From contig JAWLBH010000001.1 in the NCBI GenBank assembly GCA_041395025.1, positions 630,001-662,000 of the forward strand: a DNA stretch of 32,000 nucleotides, written 5' to 3'. The position numbers were made by a program, and so were the translations under genes. The notes below the pieces were generated by a model, which ran no database searches, was not told where the DNA came from, and was given only the letters and a program-made list of their open reading frames with translations. Position 1 is the stretch's first letter, and every line of letters begins with the position of its first letter. Source of the stretch: Chlamydiales bacterium. Its GTDB lineage: Bacteria; Chlamydiota; Chlamydiia; Chlamydiales; JAAKFR01. Of the stretch, positions 1-8,795 are shown piece by piece.

Positions 1-1
1 A

Positions 2-448
2 GAGATCTATACCTTTTCTGATCCTTTCCTATTAACTGGTCCGGTTCTTGTTACCCCAATCGATGGAGATATCCATTCTCTAGCTGATTTGGAAAATACT
101 ACCGTAGGAGCTTATGCGTATGATAATTCTGTCTTAATTCTACAAAACTATCCCTCAATCTTAATTGAAACCTATCAATCAATACTAAATGCTCTCCAAG
201 CAGTTAAAGAGGGAAGGTTAGCAGGGGCTCTGATCCCTCATCTTGAGGCACAATCTTTTCTTGGGACAATTTATGATCAAACGCTCAGAATTTCTACTCC
301 GCCTCTGTCAGATCAGGGATTGCGTTTAATCACATTGAAAAACCAACACCCGAATTTAATAAAAAATTTTAATCATGGTTTGAAAAAGCTTCAAAAAAAT
401 GGCAATTATTGTACATTACAAAGACGATTTCGTCTAACTGGAAAGTAA
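2..448 (+). CDS. Amino-acid ABC transporter substrate-binding protein (family-3 SBP, ArtJ/GlnH-like); C-terminal part, 5' end outside the window
   Basis: The frame is open from base 2 (EIYTFSDPFLLTGPVLVTPIDGDIHSLADLENTTVGAY...), so the TTG at 89 in the ORF track is internal. FSDP-x-L, GPVLV, VGA and the KEGRLAGALI hinge-type motifs are typical of polar amino-acid binding proteins. Confidence 0.75.
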   Translation, partial: EIYTFSDPFLLTGPVLVTPIDGDIHSLADLENTTVGAYAYDNSVLILQNYPSILIETYQSILNALQAVKEGRLAGALIPHLEAQSFLGTIYDQTLRISTPPLSDQGLRLITLKNQHPNLIKNFNHGLKKLQKNGNYCTLQRRFRLTGK

Positions 449-526
449 ATTTTGATTGAAGAAATTGTTACGATATTCAAAGCTCGTGTCTTTCAAGGAA
501 ACCGTATATTAATTTAAGGAGCACCA

Positions 527-778
527 ATGAAAAAATATTTTGCGATTCTTTTAATTTTTTCCTCTGCTTGCATTTTTGCAAACACCCTCTCTAATTCTGA
601 TGAAACTAAAGATAGGATTGAACATTTTTCTCAAAATGATGACGAAGAAGAAAGATCCATTCCATACTGTTTTGGAGAAGATGATGAAGATCCTACTAAT
701 AAATACATAGAATTGAGACTCGCTTCAAATAGACTTGTTTTGCAGGAATCTGAAGATGATGAAAAAAAACAAGCTTGA
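527..778 (+). CDS. Small secreted acidic protein (hypothetical), N-terminal signal peptide
   Basis: ATG is preceded by AAGGAG about 7 nt upstream. MKKYFAILLIFSSACIFA is a classic signal sequence (possibly lipobox-like SSAC). The mature part is rich in D/E runs (DDEEE, EDDED, SEDDEKK). No recognisable family. Confidence 0.55.
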   Translation: MKKYFAILLIFSSACIFANTLSNSDETKDRIEHFSQNDDEEERSIPYCFGEDDEDPTNKYIELRLASNRLVLQESEDDEKKQA

Positions 779-828
779 GGGTTCAATATATTTATCAATT
801 TTTTCTCATAGTTAATTCTGATTAAACT

Positions 829-888
829 GGAAGATTTCTTCAAATCCTAAACATTGATCGATCAAAAGAAATCTTCCATTTATTTTTT
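829..888 (+). terminator. Candidate rho-independent terminator downstream of the small secreted-protein gene
   Basis: Perfect 12-bp inverted repeat ggaagatttctt (829-840) / aagaaatcttcc (866-877). The 25-nt loop itself contains the palindrome ttgatcgatcaa. It is followed by a T-rich run atttatttttt. The stem is AT-rich and the loop is long, so this is only moderate. Confidence 0.4.
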
Positions 889-1050
889 CACTTATCTCAA
901 TCAGTTCCTTTTTCTCCATATCTATTAAATTTAATGTTTGAATCCTTTGTTAATTAAGTTAAATCAGAAATGTTTGGATATTTTTTACAAAAAAAAGTCT
1001 GATCTATTAAAACCGTAGATTTAATAGTAAATAAAATTACTGGAGTATCG

Positions 1051-2457
1051 ATGGATAAATATGATCTCATTGTGATTGGAACGGGACCTGCTGGAGAAAA
1101 AGCGGCTGTAAAAGCCGCTTATTTCCATTATAAAGTTGCAATTATCGAAAAAGCCATCCGATATGGCGGAGCTGGAGTGAATACGGGCACCCTGCCTTCA
1201 AAAACTTTAAAAGAAACCTCGCTCTATCTATCTGGTAAGTATGATCAAGGATTATATGGAATTGACCGAAATATTGAAGAAGCGATGTCGATTAAGACTT
1301 TCATGTATAGGAAGAATTGGATTATTGAAACAGAATCAAATGCAGTGCGTAATAACCTAATACGCCATGGAGTGGATATTTATCATGGAGAGGCCTCTTT
1401 TCTTGATGCTAATACAATTAAAATCACAAAAGAAGAAGAGACGATCCTTTTAAAAGCCTCTTATATTATTATTGCAACTGGATCCTATCCTTTTCATCCC
1501 AAGACCATTCCTTTTGATGGAGTAAGGATTCATGATTCCGATATGATTCTTAACATCACACATTATCCTCTCTCTCTTGCTGTCTTGGGTGCTGGAGTGA
1601 TTGGATGTGAATATGCAACAATTTTTTCAACTTCTGGAACAAAAGTCTCTTTAATTAATAGAAATGAAAATATTCTTCCTTTCATTGATCAGCAAATTGT
1701 CAGAAATTTTATTGAATCAATGCAAAATGATCATATTGATCTACTTTTCAACCAATCAATTGCAAAAATTGAACCCCCTTCTAAACCTGAAGAGAAGGTA
1801 AAATTGATCTTTAAATCGGGTGGTGTTTTAAGTACAGATATGTTTCTATTTGCTGCAGGACGTAATGGAAATACAAAAGCTCTTCATCTCGATAGAATCG
1901 GAATTACGGTCACCTCAAGAGAAACAATTCCTATCAATGAAAATTATCAAACAGTAGTACCGAATATCTATGCAGTTGGAGATGTCATTGGTTTCCCTGC
2001 TCTTGCTAGTGCAGGCATGGATCAAGGACGTATTGCTGTAGCACATATTTTTCACACCAAGGACATCGAAGAAATTGCTCGCATCTTCCCTTATGGAATT
2101 TATACAATCCCTGAAATTTCAACTGCAGGAATTTCTGAAGAAGAGGCTAAACAGAAAGGCTTCGCTTATGCGACTGGAGTGGCTTACCATAAAGATATGC
2201 CACGCGGGAAAATTATGGGTATAGAAAAGGGATTATTAAAACTTATCTTTTCTCGTGATGACCTTGTGGTTCAAGGTGTGCATATTATTGGTCCTTTAGC
2301 CACAGAATTAATTCATCACGGTGTCGGGTTGATTGAAGGGAAAAGGACTATTCTTGACATCATAGGTAAGGTTTACAACCATCCTACGTTGCACGATTTG
2401 TATAAATATGCTGCTTATGATGGTCTGGGAAATGTGTCAGGATACAAGATCAAGTAA
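1051..2457 (+). CDS. sthA: Soluble pyridine nucleotide transhydrogenase (FAD-dependent disulfide-oxidoreductase fold)
   Basis: Motifs include DLIVIGTGPAGEKAA (FAD GxGxxG), GAGVIGCEYA (NAD site), AAGRNGNT, VYAVGDVIGFPALASAGMDQGRIA and GIYTIPEISTAG. All are near-identical to blocks I recall from E. coli SthA. The Lpd-type CxxxxC redox disulfide is absent (GGAGVNTGTLPSK), as in SthA. Confidence 0.85.
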   Translation: MDKYDLIVIGTGPAGEKAAVKAAYFHYKVAIIEKAIRYGGAGVNTGTLPSKTLKETSLYLSGKYDQGLYGIDRNIEEAMSIKTFMYRKNWIIETESNAVRNNLIRHGVDIYHGEASFLDANTIKITKEEETILLKASYIIIATGSYPFHPKTIPFDGVRIHDSDMILNITHYPLSLAVLGAGVIGCEYATIFSTSGTKVSLINRNENILPFIDQQIVRNFIESMQNDHIDLLFNQSIAKIEPPSKPEEKVKLIFKSGGVLSTDMFLFAAGRNGNTKALHLDRIGITVTSRETIPINENYQTVVPNIYAVGDVIGFPALASAGMDQGRIAVAHIFHTKDIEEIARIFPYGIYTIPEISTAGISEEEAKQKGFAYATGVAYHKDMPRGKIMGIEKGLLKLIFSRDDLVVQGVHIIGPLATELIHHGVGLIEGKRTILDIIGKVYNHPTLHDLYKYAAYDGLGNVSGYKIK

Positions 2458-2513
2458 ATTGATTCAAAGCAGTTGATCTTTTGATCGCCTTGTGATTATT
2501 GTGGTCAGCAAAT

Positions 2514-4550
2514 ATGAAAAAATCGACGCTCATAAAAAGCCTTTTCGAAGTTGGACTTCTTATTCTATTCGCTCTTCTTTACTGGTCTTCTATTTTAATT
2601 GAAGAAGATATAAAAGCTATGCGTTTAGAAATGAAACAACTCAAATTCGATCTCTCGCGTTTAGGACAAAAGATAGACTCTTCAAAACTATCAGAAGTTA
2701 AAAAAAATTCCTTTCAGACAAATGCTACCTTTTCCAATATCCTCCAAGAAGATCCTTATTTTGCAAAAATACTCCCTAATCTAATTGGGGAAGATTTTGA
2801 ACCCAAAGGTGTGGTGAAGGAAGCAATGATTAGCCAACCTGATAATCTCCATCCCTTTAATCCATTCTGGAATGTTTTTCAACTATACTCTCTCTGCACA
2901 GTGCGATTAGGAGATCATACATTCGGCAAATATGAAACACTAGCTTCAGATATGGCTCTTCGTATTGAAGCTCGTCCTCGTAATGACCTTCCTGATACCC
3001 AAGAGTACTGGGTATTTTTAAGAGAAGATGTTTACTGGCATCCTCTTAACCCAGCTCACTTCCCTAGTTCTTTGAAACTTGATCCTCATTTCTTTGAGAA
3101 ACACCCTGTGACATCTTATGATTTCAAATTTGCTTACGATGCAGTCATGAATCCTTACGTATCTGAAGGTAAGGCTGTTGCACTTAGAACTTATTTTGTT
3201 GATATCGAAGAATTCAAAGTGATTGATGAGTATACATTTGTGATAAGATGGAAACCCTACGAAACACCAAATCATGAAATGAAGGTAAAATACACTTCTC
3301 TAAATCTGATGGCTGGTTTACAGCCTCTTCCTTGCTTTGTCTATCAATATTTTGCAGATGGAATCAAGATTATAGAAGATAGTAGTGATAAGGATGTCTA
3401 TCAGAAAAATTCAATTTGGGCACAAAATTTTTCTCAACATTGGGCCAAAAATGTGATTGTAAGCTGTGGGCCATATCTTTTCGATGGAATGAATGATGAA
3501 GGTATTCAGCTAAAACGCAATCCAGATTATTACAATCCTTACAAGGTACTTGTAGAAGGCATTTACTATCGTTTTAAAGAGAGCACAGATGCAATATGGC
3601 AAGATTTCAAAACAGGAAAAGTGGATTTATGTCACCTGGCTTCTAATCAATTACCAGAGCTTGAAAGATTTTTAGGGAGCGAAGAATATGCACAACAAAA
3701 AGCACAGGGAGATGAAATTAAATTTATCGATTACGTAGATCTGAGTTTTTACTATTTAGGATGGAATACAATTAAACCTTTTTTTTCTAACCCTAAGTTA
3801 CGTAAAGCAATGACCTTAGCAATTGATAGAAAACGCATTATTGAACAAAATTTAAATGATATGGCCATACATATCAATGGCCCCTTTTTTCGATACTCTC
3901 CTTCATATGATGAAACCATTCCTCTTCCTCCTTTTAATCCAGATGAAGCTTGTGCACTTTTGGATGCTGAAGATTGGATTGATAGTGATGGAGATGGAGT
4001 GCGTGAAAAATTCATTGATGGTCAAAAAGTCCTCTTTCAATTCAAACTTTTCTATTTTGTCAAAAACCTCTCATCAAAAATTATTGCTGAGTATATTAGC
4101 TCAGCTTTACGTGAAGTTGGAGTTGAATGTCAATTGGCTGGACTCGATCTTGCTGATCTTTCACGTCAATTCCATGATAAAAGTTTTGATGCGATTTTTA
4201 TGGGATGGAAAATTGGATTTCCCCCAGAAGATCCGAGTCCGATTTGGCACTCCACAGGAGCAAAAAAGAAAGGTTCCCCAAATGCGATTGGTTTTGCTTC
4301 TCCTGAGATCGATGCAATCATTGAGTCGCTAAATTATGAGTATGATATAGAAAAACGCCTTCTTCTTTATCATAAATTTCATCGAGAAATTGATCAAGAG
4401 GCTCCCTATACTTTTCTCTACACTCCTAAAATTCGTCTTCTCTATCGAGAATATATTAAAAATATCTTTATTCCTAGGGAAAGAGATGATTTAATTCCAG
4501 GTGCAAATATTTCTGAGCCGAATATAGAACTGATTTGGATAGAAAAGTGA
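2514..4550 (+). CDS. Peptide/nickel ABC transporter substrate-binding protein (family-5 SBP, OppA/DppA-like), membrane-anchored
   Basis: Family-5 SBP features are present along the roughly 680-aa protein. The ATG at 2514 (MKKSTLIKS...) is preferred over the TTG at 2499. The N-terminal hydrophobic helix (VGLLILFALLYWSSILI) has no lipobox. It is followed directly by two permease genes. Confidence 0.8.
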   Translation: MKKSTLIKSLFEVGLLILFALLYWSSILIEEDIKAMRLEMKQLKFDLSRLGQKIDSSKLSEVKKNSFQTNATFSNILQEDPYFAKILPNLIGEDFEPKGVVKEAMISQPDNLHPFNPFWNVFQLYSLCTVRLGDHTFGKYETLASDMALRIEARPRNDLPDTQEYWVFLREDVYWHPLNPAHFPSSLKLDPHFFEKHPVTSYDFKFAYDAVMNPYVSEGKAVALRTYFVDIEEFKVIDEYTFVIRWKPYETPNHEMKVKYTSLNLMAGLQPLPCFVYQYFADGIKIIEDSSDKDVYQKNSIWAQNFSQHWAKNVIVSCGPYLFDGMNDEGIQLKRNPDYYNPYKVLVEGIYYRFKESTDAIWQDFKTGKVDLCHLASNQLPELERFLGSEEYAQQKAQGDEIKFIDYVDLSFYYLGWNTIKPFFSNPKLRKAMTLAIDRKRIIEQNLNDMAIHINGPFFRYSPSYDETIPLPPFNPDEACALLDAEDWIDSDGDGVREKFIDGQKVLFQFKLFYFVKNLSSKIIAEYISSALREVGVECQLAGLDLADLSRQFHDKSFDAIFMGWKIGFPPEDPSPIWHSTGAKKKGSPNAIGFASPEIDAIIESLNYEYDIEKRLLLYHKFHREIDQEAPYTFLYTPKIRLLYREYIKNIFIPRERDDLIPGANISEPNIELIWIEK

Positions 4551-6028
4551 TCGCTTATATTGTACGCCGTATCCTTTTGCTACCTCTCACACTTTTTGTA
4601 ATCATTCTTGTGAATTTTATCATTTTAAATTTAGCTCCTGGTGATCCAATTCACCAGGCGAATATGAGTACAACTGGGGAAGCAAGTTACAGTAGTACCA
4701 ACGGAGGGATGGTAGATGAAAATCAATATCTCACCTTTCGCGAACATTATGGCTTAACTCTTCCAATGCTTTTTAATACTTGGCCTTCTCTTTCCAGAGA
4801 TAAAATTCATCAAGGGCTTGATCAAATCATCAATGCAAAAAAAGAAGGAAATACTCAAAACTATTATGCATTAAAAACTCGCTGGGGAGACCGAGCTAAA
4901 TTTATTATGGCTTATCTTTTAAATGAAGCACTAGATAACCATAACTCTTTTACAAAACGCCAGATAGCAGCTAACCTCTTTATCCGAGGAGGAATTCGTC
5001 AAGGATATGTTGGAGCCACTCTTTCATCACAAAATCGCATAAAAAATCAAAAAATCGCTAATACCAATTTAACATTAAGCGAATTACATATTCTAGAAGA
5101 CGATACTATCGAAGAACTGAATCGAAAAGTATCTCAACTAGCAGCATGGTTTCAAGATAAAAGAGCAAAAACAGAAGAAAGAACAGATGGATGGAGAAAA
5201 ATAGAAATCTTTTTATTTCACACACGTTTTTTTCGCTATTTAAATCGCATTTTTACTCTTAATTTTGGCACACTAAGGAATGATAATAATAAAACTGTTA
5301 TCAGTGAAGTTACAAAACGAGTCAAATATTCACTGACTCTTACCCTGATTCCCATGCTGATCACATTTGTGCTCTGCCAAATTTTTGGAATGGTCATGGC
5401 ATTAATGCAAAATCAATGGCCCGACTACCTATTAAATATTCTCTTTTTGATCCTATTCGCTATTCCTATTTTTGTCGCTGCTCCCTTTTTGATTGAAAAA
5501 ATTGCTTTACATCATACATTCTTATTTACTAAAGTTCCTATGCCTCATAGTGGGTTCCATAGTCCCTTAGAAATCTACCAAACTTATACATCACCAGAAA
5601 GATTAGCTGATATTTCTCTCCATCTGTTTTTACCCTTAATCGCTGTGATCTATGGAAACCTAGCGATCCAATCTCGTCTTTCAAGAACAGCCTTTTTAGA
5701 AGTACTCCATCAAGATCATGTGCGCACAGCTCGTGCAAAAGGGCTAAAAAGAATGCGTATTCTTTTTCACCATGTTGCACGCAATGGATCTATTACGATT
5801 ATCACCTCCCTAACTGCTTCTCTTGGAATAGTGCTTGGAGGTTCGTTAATTATAGAAACTATTTTTGAAATTAATGGATTTGGACGGTTCTTTTATGTTG
5901 CTATTTTAAATAGAGATTATAATGTTATCCTCTTTTCAGCTTTTGCAGGATCATTATTGACACTCATTGGATATTTTCTTGCTGACATTGCTTATACAGT
6001 GCTTGACCCAAGGATTAGTTTAGAATGA
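4535..6028 (+). CDS. Peptide ABC transporter permease (OppB/DppB-like), enlarged
   Basis: The N-terminus IAYIVRRILLLPLTLFVIILVNFIILNLAPGDP matches the OppB consensus. The EAA-type loop is TARAKGLKRMRILFHHVARN. About 200 extra residues lie between TM1 and TM2. An alternative GTG start at 4547 forms a GTGA overlap with the upstream stop codon. Confidence 0.85.
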   Translation: MDRKVIAYIVRRILLLPLTLFVIILVNFIILNLAPGDPIHQANMSTTGEASYSSTNGGMVDENQYLTFREHYGLTLPMLFNTWPSLSRDKIHQGLDQIINAKKEGNTQNYYALKTRWGDRAKFIMAYLLNEALDNHNSFTKRQIAANLFIRGGIRQGYVGATLSSQNRIKNQKIANTNLTLSELHILEDDTIEELNRKVSQLAAWFQDKRAKTEERTDGWRKIEIFLFHTRFFRYLNRIFTLNFGTLRNDNNKTVISEVTKRVKYSLTLTLIPMLITFVLCQIFGMVMALMQNQWPDYLLNILFLILFAIPIFVAAPFLIEKIALHHTFLFTKVPMPHSGFHSPLEIYQTYTSPERLADISLHLFLPLIAVIYGNLAIQSRLSRTAFLEVLHQDHVRTARAKGLKRMRILFHHVARNGSITIITSLTASLGIVLGGSLIIETIFEINGFGRFFYVAILNRDYNVILFSAFAGSLLTLIGYFLADIAYTVLDPRISLE

Positions 6029-7746
6029 ATCGATATAATTATTGGAACTTAGTCTGGCAAGATTTTAGAAAAAGTAAAAAAGGTCTGTTGGCTCTTTATC
6101 TTCTTGGAGTATTTTTTCTTGTTGGCCTTTATGCTCCCTTATTTGCTTCTGGAAAACCTCTCCTCGTTCTCTGGCAAGGAAAGGTGTATTCACCACTATT
6201 ACGCTATCTTTTCTATCCCGGGTATTATACTAAATCGATTGACCTGTTTTATAATTTATTTATGTTTACTTTTCCTGTTGCTATTTTAGGTGGTTGGATC
6301 TTTAAAAAAAAAGTGAGGAGTTTTTTTTTTATTGTTTTAGCTTTCCTCCATTGCATGATATTTGGATGTATTCTATCTGGGATGATAAAAAATCCAGAAA
6401 GAGAATCTAGGTTACAGCCTTCTCTTAAAGAAGCATTAGCAGCAAGAAAAATCTATCGAGAAGATCCTCTACTGACTCCTTATGAACCTCTACTTACCTG
6501 GAACTTTGAGCTAAAACATCTCTCTTCTTATCATCAATTAAATCTCCTGCTAAAACACTGGCAAAGGCAGACACAGGAAAAAAAACTCATGCCGTATATT
6601 CAAAAATACCAGACAGATACTGGGCGGGAACCCCCTATTCTTTCAGTAAGTACAAAACATTATCAGAATCAATTAAAGCAAGATTTGAAAAAAAAAATTG
6701 ATACCACTACTGAACTCTATCAAAAAAGCCTCGATCAACTTCCATTCTTAATACATGCTTACACACCTCATTCTCATGCCTATATTATGGCAAAGTACCT
6801 ATTAGAACATGCCTCTTCAGAAGAGCATGAAAAGACTCTGAATCATTACCAACAAGTCATTGATGCATCTTATGATGTACGAACTCCCCTTATTCAAACA
6901 CTTAATCGTATTGCAATACATAGAAAAGCGATTGAATCGCTGACCTACCTAGAAGATAAAGAACAATGGCTGGAAAGTGAAAATCCTCATTTCCAGGTAT
7001 TGATTCCTCCTTTCTTACGAAATTTTCATTGGGAAGAAGATGCTGGTGGATCACAAAGATTAAATAGTTATCTACCCATTTGGGAGCTAACACGAGTGAA
7101 TAGAAAAGATTTATTTGCCAGTCTCTTATTTGGAATTCGAGTCTCTTTGATGATTGGTCTCACTGCGGTTGGTCTTTCTTTGCTGATTGGCGTCCCTCTA
7201 GGAATGGTTGCTGGATATTTCGGAGGAAAATGTGACCTTATTGTCTGTCGTTTTATTGAAATTTGGGAAACAATGCCGACATTTCTTATGCTTCTACTTA
7301 TTGTGTCTATTATGCACAAGAAATCTATTTTCCTAATTGTCATAGTCTTGGGTATTTTTGGATGGACAACTTTTTGCCGTTTCATTCGTGCTGAAACACT
7401 TAAACAGCGTATATTACCCTATGTCATCGCCTGCAAAAGTCTTGGCTATCCGCATCGAAAAATTATGTTTTCTCATATTCTTCCAAATGCGATTCCTCCA
7501 GTTTTAACGATCCTTTCTTTTTCTATGATGGCTGCAATTACGAGTGAAGCAGGAATATCTTTTCTTGGCTTAGGTGAAGAAAAGTCTACCTCTTGGGGAA
7601 TGTTAATGGAGGAAGGACGTGCAATGTTTCCTAGTGAAAGTTACCTCCTTTGGCCCCCTGCCATTCTCTTAACACTCCTGCTAGTCAGTATTGCAATTGT
7701 TGGTGATACACTCCGAGATGCAATCGATCCAAAAATGCGCCATTAA
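6025..7746 (+). CDS. Peptide ABC transporter permease (OppC/DppC-like), enlarged
   Basis: ATGA start/stop overlap with the upstream permease gene. The C-terminal half has the binding-protein-dependent transport core (GVPLGMVAGYFGG, ACKSLGYPHRKIMFSHILPN). The N-terminal roughly 330 aa are extra hydrophobic segments plus a long soluble insert. Confidence 0.85.
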   Translation: MNRYNYWNLVWQDFRKSKKGLLALYLLGVFFLVGLYAPLFASGKPLLVLWQGKVYSPLLRYLFYPGYYTKSIDLFYNLFMFTFPVAILGGWIFKKKVRSFFFIVLAFLHCMIFGCILSGMIKNPERESRLQPSLKEALAARKIYREDPLLTPYEPLLTWNFELKHLSSYHQLNLLLKHWQRQTQEKKLMPYIQKYQTDTGREPPILSVSTKHYQNQLKQDLKKKIDTTTELYQKSLDQLPFLIHAYTPHSHAYIMAKYLLEHASSEEHEKTLNHYQQVIDASYDVRTPLIQTLNRIAIHRKAIESLTYLEDKEQWLESENPHFQVLIPPFLRNFHWEEDAGGSQRLNSYLPIWELTRVNRKDLFASLLFGIRVSLMIGLTAVGLSLLIGVPLGMVAGYFGGKCDLIVCRFIEIWETMPTFLMLLLIVSIMHKKSIFLIVIVLGIFGWTTFCRFIRAETLKQRILPYVIACKSLGYPHRKIMFSHILPNAIPPVLTILSFSMMAAITSEAGISFLGLGEEKSTSWGMLMEEGRAMFPSESYLLWPPAILLTLLLVSIAIVGDTLRDAIDPKMRH

Positions 7747-7894
7747 TTTACAGATGAGATAGCTCCTAAATCAATGGAATGCAATTAGAGACTACTTAAA
7801 AAAATATCCAGTACGGAAATTTATACTCACATAGTTAATAGAGATAATTAGAGAACGATCAAAAAAAGAAACTTGAATTTCAAAAAATGCTCTC

Positions 7895-8795
7895 TTAGAT
7901 AAATGCTTTATATACGAGGAAGGATTGTCTACGATTTTCAGAATCGCTATTTAGCAAATCTTTAATCTCTTCGTCCATTGGATAAGAAACCTGAATTTTA
8001 CTCCCTATATTTAAATAAGATATGATTATCTAGGGTATGCTCTTTGGCTTTAACTAACCAATAATCCCCTTCTTTTAACGAATGCCTTTCTAATAGATTT
8101 ATCTTTTGATAGTACTGAGCAAGAAGCTGATGTAAATCCGTCCTTAAAATCTTTTGCGTATCTTCATTCGTACGGCTGTGCTGTAGCATTTTATTCTTAT
8201 GGTTATCAATATCCGAATAAGAAGCAAAAATTCTCATTTGAGAATCCCGATCTTCTGCCAATAATGCTTTGCTTTTACTTTTGTATATGTTGACTTATTC
8301 TTTGAATCAGTTAGTAGTTTAAGCAGATTAATTTGCCCTGCATCTTCCTTCCTCTCAATCTCTTCGTATAAATTTTCTTCATTAATCCACTCACTTTCCT
8401 CAATAGAAGTTTCTTCTTTTTTCGCTGAGCAATAATGATTAAGGCTCCATCTCTTCATGCTCAATAGGGCAAAAAATTTTCCTGTTCATTGGTAATAGAT
8501 AACTCAGTTGATTGATTAAATTGTTTAAACAGAGAAGACGATAGTAGAATTTTGAGATGGACAGGTCAATATCGAATTTAACTCCATCCTCCATTAGCTA
8601 AAAATTGGTCTTTCTCTTTCTTATCTATAAAACAGTGCATTCGAAACTTCCTATCTTCATTTTTACCGTTTTTAAAACAGGTGTCAATAAAACAAAGATT
8701 CTCACAGTAAGGGGGAAGAATGACTTCCTTTTTCATCTGTAAATCATAAAATTTCCCAGGAATCATTAAATTCCGATATTCAAAATCTGTAGAGA
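7895..8795 (-). pseudogene. Decayed C-terminal portion of a GDYW-module hairpin-TM paralogue (continuation of ORF 8796..9572)
   Basis: Fragments in different frames align in order to the paralogues at 9617..11434 and 11729..13333.
- EYRNLMIPGKFYDL matches CYQNCMFPGDYLDL.
- KFRMHCFIDKKEKDQFL matches KLEMHYFRSEDQKQSFL.
- KIFCPIEHEEM matches VFLPIEYKEM.
- INLLKLLTDSKNK matches NVLKLLTNTQNK.
- LKEGDYWLVKAKEHTLDNHILFKY matches LQEGDYWLVKAQEHALDSHILFKY.
Nucleotides about 7955-8100 are highly similar to 11822-11945. A 2-nt deletion (GAG-TAAAATTCAG versus GAGGATAAAATTCAG) creates the stop at 7998. Confidence 0.75.

Noticed and set aside
631..843. 70-aa minus-strand ORF (poly-Ser rich), antisense to the small secreted-protein gene
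   Set aside because: It is the mirror image of the D/E-rich codons on the plus strand (GAA/GAT read antisense as TTC/ATC giving S/F runs). It has no start context and no family features.
3018..4332. ORFs 3018..3275(-), 3752..4015(-) and 3856..4332(+) inside the OppA-like gene
   Set aside because: They are fully nested in a well-supported CDS in alternative frames. Their composition is low-complexity and stop-poor, typical of shadow ORFs.
6304..6697. A9 (6304-6312), T10 (6321-6330) and A10 (6688-6697) homopolymers within the OppC-like gene as phase-variation tracts
   Set aside because: A/T runs of this length are expected in an AT-rich genome encoding K and F runs. There is no evidence of switching from a single sequence.
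5538..7385. ORFs 5538..5780(-), 6104..6289(+), 6902..7093(-) and 7068..7385(-) inside the permease genes
   Set aside because: They are nested shadow ORFs within conserved permease coding sequence.
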